DNA of 62,943 nucleotides, filler included, from Reticulomyxa filosa (Eukaryota; Protista; Foraminifera), in assembly GCA_000512085.1 (NCBI GenBank). It is 19 parts of 19 records of this genome, joined end to end, with 100 filler letters (N's around TTAATTAATTAA, not from the genome) between each part and the next. Parts side by side here need not be neighbours in the genome. Positions count along the whole stretch, not along the records: positions 24,131 to 26,319 come from ASPP01010752.1; positions 26,420 to 30,021 come from ASPP01027057.1; positions 30,122 to 31,851 come from ASPP01047406.1; positions 31,952 to 36,349 come from ASPP01005028.1; positions 36,450 to 38,472 come from ASPP01018546.1; 14 more parts are not named here. One strand, written 5' to 3'. A program made the position numbers and the translations under genes. Positions 24,897 to 38,240 of the stretch are shown one piece after another (the first letter of the stretch is position 1; every line of letters starts with the position of its first letter). The notes under the pieces are model-generated. The model saw nothing but the letters and a program-made list of their open reading frames with translations, did no database searches and was not told where the DNA came from.

Positions 24897-26247
24897 AATG
24901 ACGATGATGACGATAACGACGACAATGGGAACAAAAAGAACAACGCAGACAACAAAGAGGACAATAAAGAGGAGCACGACACTGCGGAGAACAAAGAGGA
25001 GGACGATAACAGCAGCACGAACCACTTGCACAACAGCAGTGAAAATGACGAAAAGGAAAGCGCGAAGAAAAAGCGCGGAAGAAAGCGGAAGCGCTCATTG
25101 TTAGAAAGCAGTGACATTGTCACTGACAATGTCAACGACAGCAGTGACGATATGCACGTCGGGATGTGGAATTGCTTTTATCCTTTGTCCGTGTGGAATA
25201 ACAAATCTCCTGAATTCGACACTACCATTGCATTATCCAATATCAATGCAAATGGAATTTCGACCAATACAAATGCAAACATGAATGGAAATATACATAT
25301 TAATGCGAATGCAAATTCTAATTTGAGTTTAAATTCAAGTTTAAATTCAAATGCTAATGTCAATGCCAATCAAAAGAGCAGTTATACCAACCAAGATCTG
25401 TGGCAGGCCTTTGAACAGATCCACAATTCCGGAATGGTGAAAATTGAAAAACCCGGCGACAATGACTGTCTAAAGTTGCTGAAAAAAACAACGCCTCGCA
25501 AGGGCAACAAAAAAGTCAAGACCAACAGCGCAATGGATGAGGAGGAGACGCTGGAGGCCAACATCTACTTTGATCAAAACCAATTCCAAAACAATCACTA
25601 TCAAATCCAGGGCGGCTTGATCAACATCGACGAACTTATTCATTTGTTCAAATCGAGAGATCGAGGCAATTACACCATGGGACTCACCAAACAAGAAAAG
25701 GCCTATCGCAGAAAATTGCAAAATCGTGAGGCTGCTTATCGAGCGAGGAAACGTGCCCAATATCTGAACAATCTAGCGGTTTTGTTGCATTGTGAAAATA
25801 TGGCCCTGAAAAATTACATTGCAGTTTCAAGTCAAAATGCATCATACCTTATTATTATTATTATTACAATCATTCTTTAGTTTTTTTTAAAAAAAAAAAA
25901 AAAATTTTACCTTTTTATTTGTTTTTATCACATATGTATATCTCTCTCTCTTTGTCCCAACGAACCAAAAAATACACTACGAATATAAAATTGGATTGTT
26001 TGTAAAGGAAAGCCTGGAACGTGAACACGATATGAATCAACAAATTCAACAGTTACAACATCAAATCCATGCAATTAGTGGAGGAGTGTTGCCGACTCAT
26101 TCGCAAAATATAACTTGCGCTTCTGCCTGCTTGAATCAACACACTACCGCAATCGATCCGCCTCGAACCAATTCTTTGCTTCTCATCAACGATAACAGTG
26201 CCAATGCTGCCTCTCACAGTAACTCCGAAAATAAAATTATCTCTTGA
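24224..26247 (+). CDS. bZIP transcription factor, 5'-truncated
   Basis: Basic region EKAYRRKLQNREAAYRARKR (N-x7-R) followed by a heptad region that continues across intron 25824-26007 (ESLEREHDMNQQIQQLQ). KKKRGRKRKR NLS and acidic D/N tract. Confidence 0.88.
24765..24927 (+). repeat. Coding (GAC/GAT/AAT)n tract, poly-Asp/Asn
   Basis: Direct observation. Confidence 0.9.
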
Positions 26248-26899
26248 ATCTTTTGAGTGATCCTTTACGTTAAAAACTGTCATATCTTCTTTGTCGTTGA
26301 TATCTTGTCTTTCTTCAGANNNNNNNNNNNNNNNNNNNNNNNNNNNNNNNNNNNNNNNNNNNNTTAATTAATTAANNNNNNNNNNNNNNNNNNNNNNNNN
26401 NNNNNNNNNNNNNNNNNNNGTAAGTAATTTTGTTAAAAAAAGACGATAGATGTACAATAAAAGACCTAGTTCAAAAGAAAACGTTTTAAATTTACCTTTT
26501 TAGAGTTTCATCAAAAATAACATGCTTGAAATTAAAAAACTGAATTGATATTAATAATGGTAAAAGATTACTTTTTTTCTTTCAAGTTTTTCAAAATTAA
26601 AAACAGAAGAACAAATTAATGTCACAAAAAAATTTATCCGTTTGAAAAACTGGACTTAAAACGTAAAGTTCTTGTCTACTTGTACAAAAAAAAGGAGGAA
26701 AAAGTTCAATCATGTTAATGTTGCAAGCGAAACAATAAAAGTAAAAAGCTTAAAAACTTTGTCACTTGAAGGCTATTATGACAAAGACTGGGGTGGCAGC
26801 ATCGAATAAACAAAGTCGATTAAAAAGTTTACATTGTAACAAAGTCGCAAATAATGCAAGAATTAACTTGCGATTAGAACAAAGATCAAAGATACAATT

Positions 26900-28500
26900 C
26901 TTTTGCATTGTTTTGAACTTTTTCCGCTTTTCGTGTCAAGTTCTCTTGGAATTCCTTTAGCTTTTCTTTGAACAGCCGCTGCTTTGAACAAGCTTTTCAA
27001 CATCATCGGTTCGCCATTCAAACTGCACTATCCAACTGCGTTAGTCGCCAAATGTCCTTTGGCGAAAACATCCACTATATGTCGTTCATCAGTCAGTTAA
27101 TGCGATAAGTGATCACCACGCTGTTGGATTCACTTTGGCTTCCACTAATTGTTCCATTCAAATGGTCGTATTCAGTGGAAACACAAATGTATTTCTTTGA
27201 CTGTTCAGGTTTTCTATTTGTCTATAAAAAAAAAAGGGGGATGAAACTAGTTGACAAAAAAAAAAATTTTTTTAATTGCGATTACATCATATATGTTGTA
27301 TATGCATTTTTTTTTGTCAAAAAATTTCTATATTCTTTTAATTGAATTGTGATGTTATTTGTTATTTAGTATTGTCTATTTCAATATCGGTCGTAATTTT
27401 CTACTTTATTTGTGGCACTTTGTCCAGTGCATCCAGCTTATTTTTGCTTCATTTTTCACTTGATACTTTTGGCAGATTTGACGTCATTTTCGACATATTG
27501 ACAAACATATCGTCATTTGTTAAAAAGTGCTTTTTTAGTTAGTTTTTTTGTTGACAAGATTCTGGAAATGCTTCTTGCGATTGGCTATCACTATCCTATA
27601 TCTTCGACACTTTGTTCAAGTTCATTGCAGAAATCGCAAGCTAAAAAAAAATTGGATGATCACAAAGAGTTTTTTGCAAACTATATAGACATTTTGAGTA
27701 TTACAAAGTTTAAACTGAAACGAAACTTGTCTTTATGAAATGTCATATACTTTGTCTTGAAAAGTCTTGCGACGATGTTATACTCTTATTGTCATCATTC
27801 TTATCTTCGTCATTGTCATGATCAATATTACTAAGTAGCATCTTCACATCTGGCTTTTGTTCCGCTTCTTCGACAACTTGAACTTATTGCACTCATTCGT
27901 TTTCTTTTGCAATCGCTTCTTTAATGCTAAGCTCAGATCCACGCTATGCTTATGCGTGAATTGCAGTACCTTTGCGACTTTTCAAATCCAAAGATCGTAT
28001 CGGTTACATTATATTGATATCCTAGACTTTCACTGCAATTATTAAAAACAAGACAATTATGTACATATAACGTATATATTTACATATGTGTAAGTATACC
28101 ACATAACAAACTGTATCAATAATCGAATAATGCCTTCTCGATTGTATGTTAGCATATTAAATCACCAATTTTGTACTTTGTCGTCTTTTTTTTGGACATC
28201 ACTTGTCCTTTGATGTAGAGACACCTTGACATTGGCTGCCGTTGACACAGCTGATCAGTCAATGATATGCGATTATGATTGTAAAGTTATTGTCTCTAAA
28301 TCAGTTCAGTTACGTTTATATTTTCAATGACGTTTTTTGGTGAAATAAATGCTAATTTGCAGACGTATTATATTATCATTGCCAAAAGTCATTGTCTACT
28401 CAATTCAACATCCAAGTCTATTCAAAAACGATCAGTTCACCATTGTGTGATAAAAAACTTCACTTTTCATATATATTGCATACTACCTGTAAATAGACAA
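26900..28500 (-). pseudogene. Heavily decayed RRP5-like gene (S1 and HAT repeat remnants)
   Basis: Fragments KYKIGDLIC* and KHSVDLSL are S1-like. They are followed by AMNL...SQEAFPESCQQKN, TEYDHLNG...VITY, TD**TTY/VDVFAKGH and EPMMLKSLFK, in the order of the RRP5 C-terminal HAT region. Many stops and shifts. Confidence 0.45.
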
Positions 28501-28660
28501 TTTATTTAATACGTTCATACAACTTAATGAGTTAACAGCATTTAATTCATCCATGTCCATTACTACTTGCCGAATTATTATTTTATATATATTGATAGTC
28601 TACTTCGGACTTACCGGAGTACTCGCAGCCACATTAGACGTTGAAATATGTTTTCGAATT

Positions 28661-28751
28661 TACAGTATGTTGCAAAGAAAACTGAACGACTAAAACGATA
28701 TCATATGATGATATCGTTTTAGTCGTTCAGTTTTCTTTTCAACCTACTGTA
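28661..28751. repeat. Long inverted repeat (44-bp arms, 3-nt loop)
   Basis: 28674-28704 is the exact reverse complement of 28708-28738. The arms extend to 28661 and 28751 with 2 mismatches. Confidence 0.97.
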
Positions 28752-30121
28752 CAATAAACTTGGCATTGATCGTAGTCTTAGTTATTGTAGTCATAGTCAT
28801 AGCTTTGGTCTTTAGTTGTTCATTTTGCGCAGATTGCTTATTGTTGGTTCTTGCCAATGCGTTACCATATCTTTCATTTTCTAACTTGTTATAATCTTCT
28901 TGTTCTGACGTAGACATAATCTTGCTCACAATGATGACTATAATGACGATTATTGCTTCGCTTCGCTTCTGTCGTCGCATTTGTCGACATTCTTGCTTCT
29001 TCGCCTGTTCATACGTGTGGACAACTCTTCCTCTTTTGTTGGGTATTATGTCACTTATGTGTGAATGTGGTGCTTCGCTCCCTCTTCACTTGCTTTTGTC
29101 GCTTCTTTCCCTTTTGTCGCTAGCGCAACTTCACCACCTTCCTCGCCACTTTCCTGCTTTTTCAATGAGGAAATCTTCGACGAAGAACTCACATGACGCG
29201 TTTGGCGCCCATTTTGTCATGCTTTTTCCTGATAGACATGGGCGACTGATCATAATGTATTATTTTACATATATTAAAAGAAAGCTCTTGCTTTTGAATC
29301 TTTAAGCGAAACTAGCTTGTCTTGAAAAGAAACATTTTTTTCTACCTCTGTGAACACCTATCAATTCATTGATTCCTAAAATAAGTCAATACTATAACAA
29401 CAATTTATATTTCATATTTATAAAAGAAAATGATGTACGAATAACGAAATGCAATTGTTTCAATGTGAGTACAGCACAACATGGCGATGGTGCGACTCTA
29501 CCACACCACTTACCAATTTATTTTTTTTTATTTCATATTTTATAAATATGTGGAAAGAGAAAAAAATATAATTTTTAGTTAATTATAGTAATAAGACCAA
29601 GTTAAATTAAGAATAAAACAAAATGAGAAACAAAAACAAGAAAACAATTAGTTTGAGTGTTGGTCTTGTAAAAGAGTTTACTTACTGTGGGTTCCACAGT
29701 TCCCTTGGAACTTCGCTCAACTGCAGTGCTTCATCCTACGCAAGTATTACTAATTCACTATATATTTTACAATAATCGCAAAATATATATGTGCTTCAAC
29801 TATAGTAGATTGTCTAGCTGTTTCAATATTACATATAGAATAGTTTCATCATTTGACAAAGAACAAATTGTAAATCAATTAATGTCAATCACACTAATAC
29901 TATGATAATACTGTTGAGCAAAACAATACCAGGGGATGCGAAGAAAACAAACAAAAAAATTCTGACATATCATCACCGATATTGAATATAAATTATAGTT
30001 CGAAACATAAGAGAATTCTTTNNNNNNNNNNNNNNNNNNNNNNNNNNNNNNNNNNNNNNNNNNNNTTAATTAATTAANNNNNNNNNNNNNNNNNNNNNNN
30101 NNNNNNNNNNNNNNNNNNNNN

Positions 30122-31810
30122 AGCATAAATACATGTAAAAGGCAGCGACGGACAGTTGACCAAATTATGCGCATTGATGAATTTGAGTATTGCGTGCTAA
30201 TCCAAGTGTTGCTGTGTGATTGCAAGCACAAGACAATTCATTATCACTTATTTCGTTTTATAGACATCACTCATAACCATTCATAGTTTTGATAAAACGA
30301 ATACCAACACTTTTAAGGGATTATTCTCTTTCATTTACATTTTCTCCTTGCTTTTCTTGATGTATTCATATTTCTTGCACTATTCATTGCCAGTGTCATA
30401 TCTTTTTAAGATAATCCACTACTACTATTGGTTTTTTTCTTTTTCCATTCCCTTAATTTACTCTTCTTCTTGTTGTTCTTCCTCTTCCTCTTTCTTTCAT
30501 TCCAGATCTAATGCAAATCATTCTACAATGTAATGATCCATACTCACATTGTTTTTGGTTAAAATACGTCACAAACGCTGAAAATATGATAAAAGTAGCA
30601 TATACCTTCAAATAAAGCTGCCTTTCTTCGCTTTTGGTTAATACTTCTCATTTTGAGTGCCTTTTTTTCCGCTGTTCTGATGTTGGTAATATCCGTTCTG
30701 TGTTTTGAATTCGAATAATGGTAGGATTACATGCCACGAGAGAATTCTCCACATAATACTTGAATATTCCATCTATTCTTTGTCTCTCATATTAATATTA
30801 TCACAGCTCTGATCAATTTCTCTTTCTTCGATTGTATATAATGTTGATTGGCTTGAGAACCTACATAACAATCCATTTTGTGCTGTATTGTGATAGATCA
30901 AAAAAACATCAATAACAATACAATTATGTTCCATTCCACTGATTGATTGTATTCACATTGTTATTTTTGATGACAATATCCACTTGAAAACATTTTTTAT
31001 TGCTTCAATCCATATTCACATGAATAACACTCATTGGAGATTATCGAAGAAAAACGAACGTATTCACTCCAGCAAATACTTGTTCCAAATTCACTTCGAT
31101 TGACCAATATTTTCTCTTGTGGGGCTTGGTCTTGTACTGTCTCAAAAGCATTAAATCTATGTTATACTTAAATTTTCACAAATCTGTCGATTTTTGAAAT
31201 AGATAAACTAAACTCCTTGCATATATATGATACACTTGATAGTCAATTTGAAAACGGTTCCATATATATTGCAATGTGCTCTTAACAATGTTGCGAATGT
31301 AATAGAGTTGTAATTTGCATTGACAATTGTTTGGAAGCGTAATTTGTTCACATTTGCATCTTTATCGACAAACGAATCTCCAAATGAATTCTTGGACCAA
31401 TTGAGTAAATAGTGCTACTGTTTCACTGCCGACCCGTTGATTTCTTTTAGTCGACGCTGGTTCCAGGAAAATCGTTTATATTTAGCAGCTAAATTGAATT
31501 CATATAATAAAAAAGCGATACTATTTGCTGCATTGTGGCTATTGTACCATTTGTATTGTTCACTTCTTGCCCGTGCCACACTTCAATATCTTCACACATT
31601 GACCTACATAAATAAAAAATGAATCTCGAATTGATGATCGATTAGCTTCTTCACTTTGCGCATGGGTAATGTCCTGTCTTATAATATTATACGTATGTTC
31701 TCACAATTTTTTTAAACAAACAAAAAAAAAATTTACTTAACAAATGTTGCCACCAGCGCAGCATCACAAATTTATCAACACAAATAAAAAAATTAAAATT
31801 TCAAATTTAA
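30122..31810 (-). pseudogene. Decayed member of a multicopy gene family (paralog of 36450-38240)
   Basis: Colinear nucleotide similarity with 37079-38240 (e.g. CATAAATACATGTAAAAGGC, CATATACCTTCAAATAAAGCTGC, ACATGCCACGAG). No long ORF. Confidence 0.7.
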
Positions 31811-31951
31811 TTTTTCTTTCTTACTACTTTTTCTTTTTCTTTTTTTCCTTTNNNNNNNNNNNNNNNNNNNNNNNNNNNNNNNNNNNNNNNNNNNNTTAAT
31901 TAATTAANNNNNNNNNNNNNNNNNNNNNNNNNNNNNNNNNNNNNNNNNNNN

Positions 31952-34900
31952 AAAAAAAAAAAAGAAACTTTTCATCTTTAAAAATTTGTGGATGTCCACC
32001 AATAATGGCCAAGAATAGAGACAAGGGGAGTAAGTGAATGAAATTGACATAGAGCATATCAATCATTTTGGTCCGTCGTGCTGCCTGCCTTGCTCTTCTT
32101 TTAATATTATTCTGAATAAGTCGCGACGCGAATCTGAGTAGAATTGGATTTTGTGTTTTCGCCTCCATCCATCTGCTTTCAAACTCGGCAATGAAAATAC
32201 ACAATTCACATCGTTGTTTGTTATTTCAGTTTCATTTTCATTGCTGTTATCATTAGTGATGGCTTCAAAACAATGTCTCTGTGGAAAGTGATACAAATAA
32301 CGACCTTCCAGGCGATCATAGCAGGTGGTATTGGTGTTCTTTTCAATTCGACTGCTTCTTTGTTGATAACTTTTCCACTCTTCATTTATCGATTCAATCG
32401 GTTTATCCAAACGGGCATTCTCATTATTATTTAGAAGTATTTGTCTTTTTCTTCGTGGGAGACGGAAGCCCGATTGTCTTTGCAGCATTCTCTTTTGATA
32501 ATCTTGCTTTCGCAAATCGATTTGAATTTGTATGGCTTGGATCGATTCAACGGAATGTTGTTTGTAAAAATCATACAACCATTCATGGAAGCTCCACACT
32601 CTACAATTGAATGGTTTCATAAAGCCGTAAAAATAATATTTATAACTGTAACATTTGTCTTTGTTTATGTTACTTTCGCTCATTTCCTCGCTGGCCGTGC
32701 TCACTTCTTTGGCTCTAACGTTTGAAGTGGAGCCATCTCCCGACCGAGATGTGTTGGTCATATCCACAAAGGAAGATGGTCCACTCACACTACGATGCTC
32801 GAAATTTACGCATTGCTTTATCTTCTGTTGCACATCCGGGTTGTTCACATCCACATTTTTTTCTACAATCAACGCTGTATATCCATCGCTATTTTTAATG
32901 TTCACTATTGTTATTAATTCGTCATCACATAAATCCTTTGTCAAACGCGAAAATACACTGCCATCCAATAGTGCTGTCTTATTCGCTACTTCCTCTCCAT
33001 TTTCAAGCGATTCTTTATATTATATTTACACACAAATATATACATATATGTATATATGTATATATGTATATATTTATTTCAATTAATATTTGTTTGTCTC
33101 TAAACGTAAGTATCTTCTGAGTTCCAATGCGGCTGCCATTCCGTTATTCTTTTTTAGATAGTCTAGCATTTGCTCTCTTCGATTCAAAAACTTAAGTGAC
33201 TTGGGTGCTTGTGACCCTGTGGATCGGGTGCTTCCCAAATTACTTTTTTCATCCGCAGTTTCATTTTCAATTTTGATTTGTGGAACCTGTGTATTGTCGT
33301 CCGTGTTCGCGGCCTGTCTACTTTTGTGAGGCGACGATCGTGTTTTTTTGGAGTTTCTCTTGGACGGTACTGTAGTTTCTTTTGCCGCTTTTTTAATGTT
33401 GCTGTTGATTTGGGCAAGTGCCTGAAAGTGTTGTTTGGCGAAGTAGCGATACGTGGTTGACTTGTAAGGAGTGTCAATGGTCCTAGTGATATCAAAAGTT
33501 TTGACACAATAATTCAGTAATTTAGCGAGATCTTTTTTTGGAATTTGCAATTGAATCGACAAATCCGTGGACACAATACCTTTAATTCCACTGTCAAAAA
33601 TTTTGTTATATAATTGCAAAGTGCGACTCATATCCCAACAGTGTCCAATTCTCGGATGCACAATATCATTCCCTTCTTTTACTTTTTCATTGGCATTATT
33701 GCTGGGCTTTAATCGGATAGCCGCTTGTATTACATTGTTTGAGTAGATATGTCTGGTGATTTCCAATTGATGGGGATATGTTTGGATTAATACCTCTTGA
33801 ATATCTTTCCATGGAATATTGTCATGATCGGTCCATTGAAAGCGTTGCGATGCCATTTTTTTCAACGAATCGCAAGCAACTCCATTGATTCGGTATTCTT
33901 CCGAAGTCAAAACAGAATACAAATAAGGAACGATATCTTGTTTGATCTTTTGGGAATAAAGATTGCAATTGTCCGCACATTGCAAACGCACACATTGATT
34001 GAAGCAATGGGAAAAAGGCAATAACCGCAATGTCTTACATTCATTCAACTGATTGGTTCGATACAAATTTCTCAACTCCAAAGTTTTCTTAGATATATTG
34101 CTTTCATTACTCCACTTCATATATCTCACAATTACTCTTCCAAAATCATATATGAAGTTTAACAAACAAATGAACAAAAAAATAAGTTTGTAATTATATA
34201 TATATATATATATGTATATATAATTACAAACTTATTGCAAACAAATTGTCTTAGCCACACATGATTGGATCTACGACTATAAACAGGATCTGGACATTTG
34301 ACAATTAAATTGAAATGATGAAATTGCTTAAGTATTTGGAAAATTTCTTTGGAAGGAACATTGAGTTCGTTGGCCAAGTCGGATTGGGCAATCCCTTGTA
34401 CACCCGCACGCATCAAAAGTTCCAACACACACGTTTGAATAGTGGAATGACTAAATTTTTGTAGTCACTGTTTTCATTCCAATTTTGCAACTCCAAACAA
34501 ATGGGAGGGACAATGCAACTCCATCCCAACAATCGAGTTTTAACCAAGGTTCACTCACAAAATAAATGGTATCAAACACGTTCATATATTGATTGACAAT
34601 ATGCTGTGCATCACATTTTTTGGTAATCGCGTTGTACATTTGTTTCAACCATGACACATTCAAATATTTGGTTCGATATTTCATACACGGATATTTAACA
34701 CCATCTTTTGTTGCTTCCACTTCTTGTCCTGTTTCCATGGCTGATGATTTGTTTTGGTTTGTTATATTCATTTCATACAATTGAAATGGGGTTTTTTTGT
34801 TGGTCGAATTAGGTAACCACTTCTTTGTGGTCGTTGGATTGCCTCCCATTACATTGTTGAGATAAATTATCCATTCGCCAAACAAATAACCATAGATTAA

Positions 34901-35221
34901 TATATTTTCGCTTTTTACTTTTTTGTCAATGCCTTCTCCAAACCTGTCTTTGAAGGGCTCGTGGCTGTATTGGCATACTCTTGCTCCAATTTCTTGCGTG
35001 TAAGAGGATTCATTCGAGATAGACAGTAGGCCTTGTTGGTACTCATAGACTTGCTCCAATGCCACACAAATCTGGGTAAAACAGGCCCCATGACATCCAC
35101 AAGATGTTATGTATTGGATTATGTAGCGCAATACATCATCCGTATTTGTCAATGTGAACGTCCTTTCCGAGTAATAGTATTCTGGTGCTATGTTCAGTGC
35201 TTGACCTTCAAAGTTAGACAT
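31952..35221 (-). CDS. GTF3C1: TFIIIC B-block-binding subunit (GTF3C1/Tfc3-like), 3'-truncated, two frame breaks
   Basis: CVLELLMRAGVQGIAQSDLANELNVPSKEIFQILKQFHHFNLIVK fits the B-block_TFIIIC winged helix. Later LDGSVFSRLTKDL, RVWSFHEWLYD and LLPLSLFLAIIG follow in the expected order. Confidence 0.78.
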
Positions 35222-35652
35222 TTGAAGAGTTGTACTTTGATTAATTGCAGAAGAGAATCAAGCTTGGAAAAAATCCACAGATCAATGAAACATGTGAAGC
35301 GTACGTAATCAAAAAGGGTCCTTTAGCTAGACTTTCAAAGGAACGCTACAAGATCGTTTCTTGTCTTATTGGATTCTTTAAAATTCGTTGCTAAACGATA
35401 ACAAATTTTTATTGGTGCCGCAATAAGACAATACAACAGAAAAAGAATGACAAAAATATACTAATGAAAACAAGAAATGGCTACCTTTCGTTACTGATCT
35501 TGGAGAAAAAGTCAAATACAATAAAATTTCTGGGTTTTCTGCTTTCCATTGTGTTGCAAGAATAGTCTGGTAAATGTGAACGCTGAGCCGGAAAAAACTG
35601 TAAAGGAAATATCGAAAACATATTTAAAATTTATTATTATTATCTCTTGAAC

Positions 35653-36291
35653 ATGTTTCCATTTTTTAATCGTCGGAAGTCTTCTGTTGGATCTACAACC
35701 GCAAGCAAAAATGCAGACAGTAAAACTCTAAAAGAGATTTTTATAGTGACAAGTTTGCGCTCAGCGAAGCAACAAGAAGTAAGACTATATAATAAACGAC
35801 GAAGCTATTAACAAACAAGCAAAAAAAAAAAAGATTAAAACAGTGCACACCACATACAAACATAAACAAAAATAAACTAAAATGAAATCAGCTGTGTTTG
35901 GAAATAAACACGAAAACGGGAGACCTTCGAATGAAAAAACGCATGGAAACCCCACAAAAGATGGTGCAAATGCACAACACAGCAATAACAAAAATAGTGT
36001 GCTCAAAGAAAAACAAAATCCGATTAGTCATTGTATTTGATCCAATGAAACACACTTCATGGGATTTATTGTTTAAAAACCAACACGTGCGTTGTTTTTT
36101 TTTTTTTTTTTTTAAATATGTATATATTGTTGTTGTTTGAAAGAAAATAAGCAGGGGGAAAAAAAAAAAAGAATTTTTTGAAGGAAATGTACGTGTACAT
36201 ATACACATACATATGTGTGATATGATTTGTTCAGAAACGAGACTCATGTGCACAATTGCTGACACAAACGAATGTTACCCTTGCAATCAAA
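35653..36291 (+). CDS. PH-like domain protein (SHIP/INPP5-type PH-like), 5' part; exons 35653-35778, 35892-36086, 36235-36291
   Basis: Three phase-0 GT-AG exons splice to MFPFFNRRK...QELCLEINTKTGDLRMKK...ITKIVCSKKNKIRLVIVF...LFKNQHKRDSCAQLLTQ. Confidence 0.7.
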
Positions 36292-36307
36292 GTTTTGAAA
36301 TGTTGAC

Positions 36308-36349
<42 letters not shown>

Positions 36350-36449
36350 NNNNNNNNNNNNNNNNNNNNNNNNNNNNNNNNNNNNNNNNNNNNTTAATTA
36401 ATTAANNNNNNNNNNNNNNNNNNNNNNNNNNNNNNNNNNNNNNNNNNNN

Positions 36450-38240
36450 TCTTCCAGCACTTCAGACTTGAGCTGTTGAGTTAGATCTTCGATGTTGAAA
36501 TCGAACAGCGGTATTGTCGGCAAAGGAATTAAGATCCACGGACGAAAAGGTTCATTGCTGGATGGACAAGAGTTAATGCTTTAAAATATACATTTTCAAA
36601 GTATTTTGATATTCATCTTTTTGCTTGTTAATTCATTTCATATTGTTGGATAAGACTGTTCTTGCAAGATATCTGTTTCCACAGATATCAGTTCGATTGA
36701 ACCCATTTGATGTTGGATTTGCTCATCCAGTCATGGCAGTATTTGGTTCGACATTTTTGCATGTGTCTTCTTCTTTTTCTTCAATTGCGATTCCGCCACT
36801 TACACCACCTGTGAACTTATAGCGTTCCAGTGGCTGTAAAAAAACCAAAAACAAATTAATTCAAATTGTTTAGAAAGAAAGACAAAAATAGTCAATGTCT
36901 TTTAACTGCAATCTCCTTTCAAAGGCATTCGAGTCATTTCCTGCCAATCTTGATTGACAAATAATCCAAGCACCAATCAAATTGCAACATGCTGCAAATT
37001 TTACGACGACCATACCAATTGCATCTTAGAAGTGTTTCCATACACATCTGATATTGACATTTAGAATCACATATAGCATAGCCATAAATACATGTAAAAG
37101 GCGACGATAAATATTTAACCAAGTTATGTGCGTTGATAAATTGGAATGAATTCATTGTCAGCTGTCACATCCCTTGATAATAATCCACTAATAATATTGG
37201 TATGTATGTTTGTCTCTTTTTCCCTTAATCTACTATTCTTTCTTTTCTTCTTCTTCCTCTTTCTCTTTCTTTCATTCCAAACCTAAGGTAAATCATTCTC
37301 CAATTAAATGTTCAATGTTCACATTGTTTTGGTCAAGACATTTCACAACAACTGAAAATATTATAAAAATAACATATACCTTCAAATAAAGCTGCTATCC
37401 TTCGTGTTTGGTTGATATCTGCCATTTGCATGCGTTGTCTCGATGTTGGTGATATGCATTTTCTGGATTGAACTCGAATAATGGCAGGACACATGCCACG
37501 AGGTAATTCTCCACAAAATATGCATTTACTTGAACATTTCTTCTTTTCTTTGTCACTCACATGCACCTTCATCAAAACTCTGATAAAGCTATTCTTCCTG
37601 GATTGTATGTGTCATATTAATTGATTTGGAGCTTACAAACAATCCAGTTTTGACATGTGATTGCGATAGACCAAGAAAAAACCAACTGGACAACCATACA
37701 ATTGAATTACATTCTGTCGATAAACTTGATTCATATTTTCTTTGTTATTTTTGATAGCTTGTGATATTGGTAATATTTTAAGATTGGAAATGCAATTGTA
37801 GATTGCTTCTTGGATACCAATGATCAATTCATAAAGTCGATTCCAGATTGATGAACATGATCCCAATTCACTTGTTTGCTGGACGTATTAATATGTTGAT
37901 TGGATATGTCCAATATTTGACGATTTGCATCAACACAATTTGGAAATGAAGGAATTCGAGCGGCCATGTTATCGAAAGATCGTGTGGCTCACAAATAGTG
38001 CCAATACCATATGTCGCCGATGATAAGATATTGAATAATTCCAATTCACTATTCAGGCCTTGATCATTCATCCACGACGGTCAGTAATTGATCATGTTAT
38101 GCCGATTCTGTTTTGTACAAATTGTTAATATCCACACATTATATTTTTAACACACAAAAAGAAAAAAAAATTACTTAACTAATGCTGCCATCCCGCTTGG
38201 GATCATCAATTTTCAAACCAAAATAAAAAACTAAAATTTC
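36450..38240 (-). pseudogene. Decayed member of a multicopy gene family (paralog of 30122-31810)
   Basis: Chain of short ORFs (37868, 37633, 37333, 36934) separated by stops or shifts. Retains intron-like segments. Confidence 0.7.

Noticed and set aside
27000-27130. Spt6 SH2-like reading (GDHLS...HIVDV...LNGEP)
   Set aside because: More motifs fit the RRP5 HAT region in the correct order.
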